Origin: an uncultured Fibrobacteraceae bacterium
GTDB lineage: Bacteria > Fibrobacterota > Chitinivibrionia > Chitinivibrionales > Chitinispirillaceae
DNA length: 24,668 bases
Assembly: GCA_964529145.1 (NCBI GenBank)
Contig: CAZGVZ010000001.1
Span: 1 to 24,668, forward strand
Direction of reading: 5' to 3'
Each line of letters starts with the position of its first letter. Within the stretch, counting starts at the first letter, position 1. Shown in pieces: positions 17,228 to 24,668 of the stretch. The notes beneath the pieces are model-generated. The model had not been told where the DNA came from. It worked only from the letters and a program-made list of their open reading frames with translations, and made no database searches. A program made the position numbers and the translations under genes.

Positions 17228-19360
17228 TTATCTCTTTTCTTGCGCTGGCGTTCTAGAAATAATGCAACCGCTTGCTCCAAGACGGGTTTCGGGCCTGGAT
17301 TTGCCGCTCAGGTCAAATCCGGGAGACCGGACAGGGTTCTTCCGGTCGGGTCCACGGTCGAGATTGTTGATGATAACGGAAACGGCACTTTTTCTGTTTC
17401 CGAGTGCCCCGATCCGGGGAATCGCGGCATTAGTGGTCTGACCGGTCGAAAATTCTCCATCGCTCATCCAGTTTACATCATTTTTGTCGATGTCGCTGAT
17501 CACAAGTGGAAGCTTGTCTCTGGCGGATTGAGCCTGGTCTAGAATATCCCACTGCAGCCAGCTGATTTCCAGTTTTTCCATGAGTGTGCCCTGATATTCG
17601 TATCCATCCATTGCTTTCATTTCGTTCGAACCTTCGGTCAGGCACATGAATTCGGTGTTGATACAGGGGTAGTGATCATGAAGATCGACAACCCTGGTGC
17701 TTGCATCGCGCCAATACCCATGAAAGCCGACAAGCGTTTTTTTCCAATCGATTCCTCGAAGTGAATCGGCGACCTGGACTGGAGTTCTTCTGGAATATCC
17801 GACCTGGTTGAATGATAGAATGATACAAGGAGTTTCCGGGGAATTCGAGTCACAGATTTTCCATAACGATTCGAAGTCGCGGAGATTCTGCTCGGTATAG
17901 CTGTCGGGCTGATCGAATTTAGGCTCGTTGGTGAGCTCGAAAACCACGTTTGTACAACTTTTGTACCGCATCGAAAAACGTTTCCAGAACGCTTTCGCAT
18001 TGTCCAGGTTATATGTTCCCGGAGTATCGTGAAAATCGATTATTGCGTATACTCCGGCGCGGTCGGCCATTGAAACAAGAGTGTCGAGAATATCCTGGTA
18101 GCGATCCAGAGAGTAGTTGTTTGCCTTGTCCGTCCGATAAGCGCAGGAGATACGAACCGCATTGAACCGGTTTTCCTTCATCAGGTCCCAGGGTTCTGCG
18201 CTCAGCGCCCAGTCGGTTTTTTCAGGCATCCATCCGTAGATCCAGAAAGTACCTCCGCGAAGGCGTGTTCCCTTGTCCGAGACAAGCGTATTGCCCGAAA
18301 TATAAGGCCGGTTGCGGGTTGCGCGGACAAGAGGGGTGACTGAAGAGGTGTCGGATGATGGTTCACCGACCGAGGTGTCGATCGGTTCTCCTCCGGAGGA
18401 TAATGTCCAGGTGCAGTCGTTCTTCTTGAGGTCTGCAATGACTTTGGGCAGATTTCCGGTCGCGCTGGCTTGATTATCGAGAATATCCCACTGCAGCCAG
18501 CTGATTCCGAGTTTTTCCATGAGCGTACCCTGGTAAGCATAGCCATCCATGGATTTCATTTCATTCGAACCTTCGATGAGGCACATGAATTCGGTATTTA
18601 TGCAGGGATAATTGTTTTTGAGGTCGACGACCCTTGTGCTTGCATCACGCCAATAACCGTGAAATCCTACCAGTGTCTTTTTCCAGTCGATACCCCTCAG
18701 TGAATCTGCAACCCGGGCTGGAGTTCTTCCGGAATAACCGACCTGATTGAAGGAAAGAATGATGATTGGGGTTTCCGGAGCGTTCGTATCGCAGATCTTC
18801 CATAATGCCTCGAAATCGCGAAGGTTTTGATCGGTATAGCTCTCGGGCTGGTCGAATTTCGGTTCATTGGTAAGTTCGTAGATCACATTTTTTCGATTTT
18901 TATAACGTGATGCGAAACGGTTCCAGAATGCCCGTGCATTTGCCATTGTGTAGGTACCGGGCGTATCGTGAAAATCGATGATCGCGTAAATACCCGCACG
19001 TTCGGCCATGTTTACCAGGCTGTCAAGGATAATTTGGTACCGGTCGAGCGAATAATTATTCGCTTTGGTAGTACGGTAAGCGCAGGTGAGGCGAACGATA
19101 TTGAATTTATGTTCCCTTATAAGATTCCAAGGGGTGGGGCTCAGCGCCCAGTCGGTTTTTTCAGGCATCCACCCGTAAAGCCAGAATGTGCCGCCACGGA
19201 GCCGGTTTCCGTGATCGTCCACAAGCGTATTTTCGTAGATTTCGGGCCGGCCGATCGATTGTGCGGTGGTTTCGAAACAAATAACCGGGGCCAGCAGTAG
19301 AAGAACCGAAAGTGCTGAGAAGGGCGATAGAACTGGACGAACAATACTTTCCTGCTTCAT
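17228..19360 (-). CDS. Secreted glycoside hydrolase family 5 (clan GH-A) protein with two tandem catalytic domains
   Basis: 710 aa with AAGGTG RBS and a signal peptide ending TTAQ-S. Each domain has FNxVR, YAIIDFH, acid/base (Y/F)ELTNEP, GFHGY, nucleophile PCINTEF and ISWLQW. The short basic tail contains FDLSGK. Confidence 0.88.
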   Translation of the reverse strand: MKQESIVRPVLSPFSALSVLLLLAPVICFETTAQSIGRPEIYENTLVDDHGNRLRGGTFWLYGWMPEKTDWALSPTPWNLIREHKFNIVRLTCAYRTTKANNYSLDRYQIILDSLVNMAERAGIYAIIDFHDTPGTYTMANARAFWNRFASRYKNRKNVIYELTNEPKFDQPESYTDQNLRDFEALWKICDTNAPETPIIILSFNQVGYSGRTPARVADSLRGIDWKKTLVGFHGYWRDASTRVVDLKNNYPCINTEFMCLIEGSNEMKSMDGYAYQGTLMEKLGISWLQWDILDNQASATGNLPKVIADLKKNDCTWTLSSGGEPIDTSVGEPSSDTSSVTPLVRATRNRPYISGNTLVSDKGTRLRGGTFWIYGWMPEKTDWALSAEPWDLMKENRFNAVRISCAYRTDKANNYSLDRYQDILDTLVSMADRAGVYAIIDFHDTPGTYNLDNAKAFWKRFSMRYKSCTNVVFELTNEPKFDQPDSYTEQNLRDFESLWKICDSNSPETPCIILSFNQVGYSRRTPVQVADSLRGIDWKKTLVGFHGYWRDASTRVVDLHDHYPCINTEFMCLTEGSNEMKAMDGYEYQGTLMEKLEISWLQWDILDQAQSARDKLPLVISDIDKNDVNWMSDGEFSTGQTTNAAIPRIGALGNRKSAVSVIINNLDRGPDRKNPVRSPGFDLSGKSRPETRLGASGCIISRTPAQEKR
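17468..19249 (-). repeat. Internal tandem duplication of GH5 domain: 18407..19249 and 17468..18310 (843 bp each, 939-bp period)
   Basis: A manual ungapped alignment of 281 aa gave 63 differences (about 78% identity). The linker is 32 aa and Ser/Thr/Pro-rich. Confidence 0.92.
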
Positions 19361-20063
19361 TGTTCACCTTTCTTTATTGAAGTAACAACTTTGACCAGAA
19401 CAGAAACCGTAGTGCGGAATCCGGTATGGCCGTGATGAAAAATATGTCATTGACCACGCATGCATTTCGGAAAAAGACATCGGGAGACTGGTGCTCTTCA
19501 TTGATGGATTTCAACTCATGTGATACTATTGGTCGAAAAAACGGCGTGCTCTTATTCGGCTATGATATAGAGATTCGGGATCCAAGCCGGCTTTCGGGTT
19601 GATCTGGCGGAAATACTGTAATTCTTCAACTCAATGATCGCGGCCATGGTGGCCTTTACAATACGTAGTGATAAAAATGATAATGACACAATGTAACCTA
19701 TATTCAAGTGCTCAGCGATTTTTTTCGAGAAAGGAAAGATGCCGAGTGAAGATGGCATTCAAAAAAAACCGGAAATACCAGGAGAGGTATGCAGGGCATA
19801 TTAAAGTGACATACTCGACCGGTACCTTCCATCTCTACGAAGAGGAATCGCTGGACTCAGGTTTAAATTTTCGATGGAATTTACCATTCCGTAATTCATA
19901 TCTCCCAATATATATCCATGATCCGAACAATACAACAGGAAAAGATATCGACCTATGTAGTTGAAATACTGAATTTTAGATTTTATGGCCGCTCAGGAAG
20001 ATCGATTAATTGGATCGATGTGACGGTTAGTTATGATAAGATATGGAGCGGTAGAGGGCAGAA

Positions 20064-20104
20064 CGCTCAAGCCAGACCACGGCTTTTAGCCGTGATAGTT
20101 GATT
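20064..20104. mobile_element. Right-half copy (41 bp) of the 88-bp repeat
   Basis: CGCTCAAGCCAGACCACGGCTTTTAGCCGTGATAGTTGATT has one mismatch to 13777-13817. There is no similarity upstream of 20064. Confidence 0.7.
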
Positions 20105-20241
20105 GAAGACGACAGGCAAAAGCATCAATGAACCTGGGGAGGCAGTACGGGTTCTGCAACGGCATAATCACCGGCAGCTTCCGTTTGACCGAAGGCGAAA
20201 CAGTCAATCTGGACTACGATTGGAAATCAGACCGATTTCAT

Positions 20242-20952
20242 TTAGACCGGCAGAACCATCGCGTATACCCATCCTATTACATGTCTCATTACGTATCGCC
20301 AATAGCGAAATCTGCGGATGATTCCGGCACGTTTTCCGAACTGTTCGGGAACCGAAATGATTCCCGTCGCTATACTGTCACCTAGAACCTTTTTGTAAAT
20401 CGCATGTGTTTTTCTGGAATGAGCACCAAGTGTTACAAGCTGGACTCGTGGTGTATCAATACCCGAATTTTCTATCCAGAAGCCTAACAATCGTGCCGAG
20501 GTAAGTGTACGGTGGCTGGATGGTATAGTATCGGTCAGTAGTACGATGGAGGTGAGTGGTACACGGTTTTTGATCAGGTAAACCACATTGTTCCTATGGA
20601 CATGGACGTTTTTTTCTTTTGAAACACCGCATATCACCAGGGCCGGGGCCCTGTTTTCCTTGAATACCTGTGCCGCTTTACGAAATGTTTCAGGAGATGT
20701 CCATGCCTCCACGACGACAATATTGGGTTTGTCGATCGGCGATGAATGGGAAAGGAAAGCCGCGATTCGGGGGATGAACGGAATCGAAACGGCGAATATA
20801 GCGAGCGATAGAATGATGATGGTTATAGCGATACCGATAAGAGTAGTGAACGGCCGGGGGCCAAGCACTATCGGCATTGCGGACAGCCTGTTCGAAACGG
20901 GCATTTTCATGCCGGATAATATGTGATTATAACTCACTTTTTTATTAAGCAT
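20242..20952 (-). CDS. DUF218 / YdcF-like membrane-anchored protein, copy 2 (divergent)
   Basis: About 236 aa from ATG 20952 (GGAGG upstream). N-terminal TM helix, VVVEAWTSP, HRTLTSA, LVTLGAHSRKT and C-terminal RYVMRHVIGWVY, colinear with the motifs of 6059..6772. Confidence 0.6.
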   Translation of the reverse strand: MLNKKVSYNHILSGMKMPVSNRLSAMPIVLGPRPFTTLIGIAITIIILSLAIFAVSIPFIPRIAAFLSHSSPIDKPNIVVVEAWTSPETFRKAAQVFKENRAPALVICGVSKEKNVHVHRNNVVYLIKNRVPLTSIVLLTDTIPSSHRTLTSARLLGFWIENSGIDTPRVQLVTLGAHSRKTHAIYKKVLGDSIATGIISVPEQFGKRAGIIRRFRYWRYVMRHVIGWVYAMVLPV

Positions 20953-21058
20953 CCTGAAAAACCCTCCCAGAGTCCGAGATGAGGAGACACCGGCTCCGGC
21001 GGTGGTAGTTGACCGCGACGAATAAGGCATTTCAGCACAATCGGTACCCCCTGTGGAT

Positions 21059-21304
21059 TCATGTGATTTTTTTCCTGTCTACAAAACGTGCGATAGAATC
21101 AACGCTGTCGAGATTTTCCGGGAGCAGCTCGTCATCATTGATCGTAATGCCGAATGTGTCCTCCACGAATTGAACTATTTCAAGAACACCTGTGGAATCA
21201 ATGATGCCTTCTTTCAGAAACGAAGTTGTATCCGAGAGTCTTTCTGCATCTCCGAAAAGGAAATTTTTAATGATATGTCTGCGTATCTGGTCATGATGTG
21301 ACAT
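21059..21304 (-). CDS. Acyl carrier protein (exosortase/EPS-cluster type)
   Basis: 81 aa with GGAG RBS. Phosphopantetheine site GIIDSTGVLE, then FGITINDDELLPENLDSVDSIARFV. Confidence 0.92.
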   Translation of the reverse strand: MSHHDQIRRHIIKNFLFGDAERLSDTTSFLKEGIIDSTGVLEIVQFVEDTFGITINDDELLPENLDSVDSIARFVDRKKIT

Positions 21305-21649
21305 TCAATCTCCCTTCCTGAGTTGTCATAAGGTGGTGTGTTGATGAAGACCCATATGATAAATAAGCAAGGACCATGCCGACCGGGAGCGCTTCCGTAA
21401 CGGTGTTAACCGGAGTTTCGGTAAAAAAAAATCTAAAAAACGAGGCGCGCCGAAAAAACAAATGTAAAGATCAAAAGGACAAAGCACTTCCCTTCGATGT
21501 GGAATAAGTCCGCATCGTAAAGAATCCTCCAAGCCATATTTGACTGAGATAGCTTTTACATGTAGAAAATCGACAGGAATCGATCAATCCAAATTATTGT
21601 CTGTTTGTCGCAATGGACAATTACTATTTTTAAAGTAAGGTACGCTTTT

Positions 21650-21737
21650 GTAAGGAGTCCAGTGCTTCGCACTGTTTTCCGATATACCGCTTGGCCCGCT
21701 CAAGCCAGACCACGGCTTTTAGCCGTGGCAGTTGATT
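21650..21737. mobile_element. Non-autonomous MITE/PATE-like element, full copy 2 (88 bp)
   Basis: About 95% identical to 13731..13817 with the same three hairpins. It lies in the divergent ACP/ligase intergenic region. Confidence 0.7.
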
Positions 21738-21808
21738 GCGAATGTGTTTAAGAAATGCAAAAAAAGATGGCCGGATGCATTCATAATCCTGTAGAAACGG
21801 AAAACGAT

Positions 21809-23368
21809 ATGTACGATAAACCAATATGGCTTCTTCATGAAACGCTGGTACATGCAGCGGATAAATATGGTAAAAAAGTCGCAATGATCACGGCGGGGGT
21901 CGAATACTCTTATGAAAAAATGCTCAGTGATACTGAACGAGTGGCAGCGTTATTCCTCGATAAAGGTCTCCGCAGAGGCGATCGAGTTATCATATTTATG
22001 GAAAATTCCTATGTTTCGGTTATCTCTTTATATGCGGCATTGATGGCTGGAGGTGTTTTCACCGTCATCAATCCGCAGACCAAAAGAGATAAATTCGCAT
22101 ATATTCTATCGGACAGTGGCGCCAGAATCGTGGTGACCGAGAGGCGCCTGATTCCAATTGTCATTGATACGAAAAGAAAAGGAAAGGATGAGATCACGAT
22201 TTTGTATTCTACCGAAGGAGTCGGGAATACGGGGGTTGAAAAGGAGTACACCCATGTGCAGGAAATATTCGGTGCATTGTACGATACAGGTCCGATGACT
22301 CAGTTGAAAAAAACGATTCCGATTGATCTCGCAGCGCTCATTTATACTTCGGGAAGTACGGGAAATCCCAAAGGCGTGATGATGAGCCATCAGGCAATGC
22401 TCTTTGCCGCACGGAGCATTTCGTATTACCTGAGAATCGATTGTTCCCATACAATCATCAACGTACTCCCTTTGGCTTTCGATTATGGTCTTTACCAGGT
22501 GCTGATGAGTGTCGTGTGCTGTGCCACCGTCGTGGTAGAACAGTCATTTGCATATCCGGCTGAAATCGTCAAAAAAATAAAGGAGTGCAGCGTAACCGTG
22601 TTTCCCGGGGTCCCAACCGTTTATACGACGCTCATCGCGATGCACCGCAGGAATCGGATAGAAATTACGGGTGTCACACGTTTGACCAATACTGCGGCTT
22701 CACTTCCACCGGACTATACTGAGGAGTTGCATCAGATCTTTCCAAATGCCCTTCTTTTTCGAATGTATGGTCTTACAGAATGTAAGAGGGTATGCTATCT
22801 GGAACCGGAACTGGCGGATAATAAACCTTCGTCGGTGGGAAAGGCGATACCGGGGACCGAAACATGGATACTCGATCAGGAAAATAAGGAATGCGAACCT
22901 GGTGAGCCGGGAATACTATATGTTCGAGGACCTCATGTCATGATGGGATACTGGAACGCTCCTGAATTGAGCGCCCGTATGCTGCACATCGGCCCATTCC
23001 CGGGGGAGAGGGTATTGTGTACCCACGACTGGTTCAGGAAGGATGAGGATGGAGATCTTTATTTTCTTGGAAGAACGGATGATATCATCAAATCGAGAGG
23101 TGAAAAGGTAAGCCCGGTGGAAGTGGAACATGCGCTCGTCGCATTGAAAGGAGTACGAGAAGCGGCGGTCATTGGAGTTCCCGACGAGCTGCTCGGACAG
23201 GCAGTGAAAGCATTCGTGGTACTCGATAATTCATCCATCACGGAACAGGATATCCTCAAACATTGCTCGGAGCATCTGGAAAATTACATGGTACCCAAAT
23301 ATATAGTGGTGCTGTCGTCGTTGCCGAAGACCGATACGGGTAAAATCACCAAGAAAAATCTGTCCTGA
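21809..23368 (+). CDS. AMP-forming acyl/amino-acyl ligase (class I adenylate-forming enzyme), exosortase-cluster type
   Basis: About 519 aa from ATG 21809; the ORF extends to 21755. P-loop LIYTSGSTGNPKG, MYGLTECKR, DWFRKDEDGDLYFLGRTDDIIKSRGEKVSPVEVE and LPKTDTGKI. Confidence 0.92.
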   Translation: MYDKPIWLLHETLVHAADKYGKKVAMITAGVEYSYEKMLSDTERVAALFLDKGLRRGDRVIIFMENSYVSVISLYAALMAGGVFTVINPQTKRDKFAYILSDSGARIVVTERRLIPIVIDTKRKGKDEITILYSTEGVGNTGVEKEYTHVQEIFGALYDTGPMTQLKKTIPIDLAALIYTSGSTGNPKGVMMSHQAMLFAARSISYYLRIDCSHTIINVLPLAFDYGLYQVLMSVVCCATVVVEQSFAYPAEIVKKIKECSVTVFPGVPTVYTTLIAMHRRNRIEITGVTRLTNTAASLPPDYTEELHQIFPNALLFRMYGLTECKRVCYLEPELADNKPSSVGKAIPGTETWILDQENKECEPGEPGILYVRGPHVMMGYWNAPELSARMLHIGPFPGERVLCTHDWFRKDEDGDLYFLGRTDDIIKSRGEKVSPVEVEHALVALKGVREAAVIGVPDELLGQAVKAFVVLDNSSITEQDILKHCSEHLENYMVPKYIVVLSSLPKTDTGKITKKNLS

Positions 23369-23373
23369 ATATC

Positions 23374-24315
23374 ATGGGTGGAAGGTTGGCTGAAGAATTG
23401 AAAACACCCGTAAAAGGTAAGATGTACCGTTTATTATACGAAAAAATCGCCACTGCCTGTATTTTCATGCAGGATTTTCCGGATGAAACCGCGGAAACTA
23501 CACTAAAGTCGCTATGGATGACAGCTGCCGGAAATCCATGTCCCGCTCATTCCGCAAATATGGCGAATCTTCCCGAGTTATCATTGGCGCAGAAAGGAGT
23601 CCTGGAGGATTTGATCGAAAAAAGGTTGGACGGAGTGCCGTTGGCGTATTTAACCGGGCAAACAAATTTCCTGGGTTTGAGGATGTTGTGTGAACCTGGA
23701 GTGATAATTCCCAGGCCGGAATCGGAACTGCTGTGCAGGACAGCGCTACACTCTGTTGCCGCCGGCACTATAGCAAAAGGGTGCGTGAGAGCGATCGAAA
23801 TCGGCTGCGGAAGCGGGAATCTTTCATGCGCTCTCGCGATGTGCTGTAAGAGAATGGAACTTTATGCAACCGATATCGAAGAGAAATGCATCAGGCTTAC
23901 AGATAAAAACATACGAGCCCACGGACTTGAAGGCAGGGTATTCGCCAAAAAGGGGGATCTTTTCGGACCTCTTTACGGATTGCATCTGGAAGGGACCGTC
24001 GACATTGTCGTTTCGAATCCTCCCTATATTCCTTCGGAAAAGCTGAATTCGGAATTGTCATATCTGACCCGGTACGAGCCGGAAGCCGCATTTAACGGGG
24101 GAGCATACGGGTTTTCTATGCACCTTCGTCTGATGAAAGAGGCGTTGATATTTTTGAGAACCGGAGGATCGCTTCTATTCGAGTTCGGAAGGGGACAGGA
24201 ACGGCAGGTGAGGATACTGTTTGACAGGGTGAGCGGTTACCTCAATCCCCCGCAATTTCTTTACGATTTCCACGGAGATCCACGGGTGGTTTCCGCTTTG
24301 AAAACCGAACAATGA
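23374..24315 (+). CDS. PrmC/HemK-family SAM-dependent N-methyltransferase, divergent paralog outside the prfA context
   Basis: 313 aa. EKRLDGVPLAYLTG, IIPRPESELL, motif I EIGCGSG, motif IV VSNPPY and LLFEFG. The N-terminal domain is atypical (FPDETAETTLKSLW). It starts 5 nt after the ligase stop. Confidence 0.85.
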   Translation: MGGRLAEELKTPVKGKMYRLLYEKIATACIFMQDFPDETAETTLKSLWMTAAGNPCPAHSANMANLPELSLAQKGVLEDLIEKRLDGVPLAYLTGQTNFLGLRMLCEPGVIIPRPESELLCRTALHSVAAGTIAKGCVRAIEIGCGSGNLSCALAMCCKRMELYATDIEEKCIRLTDKNIRAHGLEGRVFAKKGDLFGPLYGLHLEGTVDIVVSNPPYIPSEKLNSELSYLTRYEPEAAFNGGAYGFSMHLRLMKEALIFLRTGGSLLFEFGRGQERQVRILFDRVSGYLNPPQFLYDFHGDPRVVSALKTEQ

Positions 24316-24378
24316 TATGCGAAGTGCGGTAATGCACAAAAGCGGAACAATTCGGCAGGACTCCAAATAACTGCGGTA

Positions 24379-24403
24379 GATCCGTAAACGGCCGGATCGT
24401 TTT
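24379..24403 (+). terminator. Possible intrinsic terminator of ligase-methyltransferase transcript
   Basis: GATCCG-TAAACGGC-CGGATC followed by GTTTT, between convergent genes. Confidence 0.35.
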
Positions 24404-24444
24404 CCGTATCTGACCGGTGGGACGGAACTCTCCGTGAACGGTAC

Positions 24445-24668
24445 TCAAAGCTCATGAAGGGGGCGGAGGCCTTTTGCGAACTCTTCCGAAGAGTGGTTTT
24501 GAGGGCAGGGTACCGTCACCTTTGCGATAGGGCCGGCTTTTGGCGGTCCCCAGAGGGTAAGAGAAGGAACTTCCCGGGATACTGTGGTGCCCGCCAGAAT
24601 GACCGAACCCTTACCGATTCGCACACCGGGCAATATGACGCAGTGAGGGCCGATGAAAACATCTTCCC
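24445..24668 (-). CDS. Hexapeptide-repeat (left-handed beta-helix) O/N-acyltransferase, 3' part only (truncated by window edge)
   Basis: The frame is open from the window edge: EDVFIGPHCVILPGVRIGKGSVILAGTTVSREVPSLTLWG, typical of maltose-acetyltransferase/WbpD-like C-termini. Confidence 0.85.
   Translation of the reverse strand, partial: EDVFIGPHCVILPGVRIGKGSVILAGTTVSREVPSLTLWGPPKAGPIAKVTVPCPQNHSSEEFAKGLRPLHEL

Noticed and set aside
17468-19249. GH5 tandem repeat as an assembly artefact
   Set aside because: The copies differ at 63 of 281 residues plus many synonymous sites, which is incompatible with a duplicated read.
13601-21737. The repeat copies as a CRISPR array or intrinsic terminators
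   Set aside because: Copies are kilobases apart with no regular spacers. They lack U-tracts, and they occur in divergent as well as tandem intergenic regions.
10485-21808. Sigma-54 (-24/-12 TGGCAC-N5-TTGC) promoters and ops/JUMPStart elements expected for PEP-CTERM/EPS loci
   Set aside because: Searching the intergenic regions by eye found no convincing match; a PWM scan would be needed to exclude weak sites.

Overview
Bacterial window of about 24.7 kb. The cellulase architectures suggest a Fibrobacterota/Chitinivibrionia-like cellulolytic organism, but this is inference and no marker gene is present. Left part: a very large secreted GH9 cellulase reading frame (413..6034) broken by one in-frame TGA at 3500-3502. 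The rest is an exopolysaccharide/exosortase-type accessory locus: a PrsT-like TPR lipoprotein, DegT aminotransferase, PrsK-like histidine kinase, exosortase, nucleotide-sugar dehydrogenase, two DUF218/YdcF-like paralogs, an acyl carrier protein, an AMP-forming acyl ligase, a divergent PrmC/HemK-like methyltransferase and a partial hexapeptide acyltransferase. A GH5 gene with two tandem catalytic domains (about 78% identical) sits inside this locus. The intergenic DNA carries five full or partial copies of an ~88-bp multi-hairpin repeat resembling an IS200/IS605-type end, with no transposase in the window. No rRNA, tRNA or CRISPR array was seen. All family calls come from motif recognition by eye; no database search was run.
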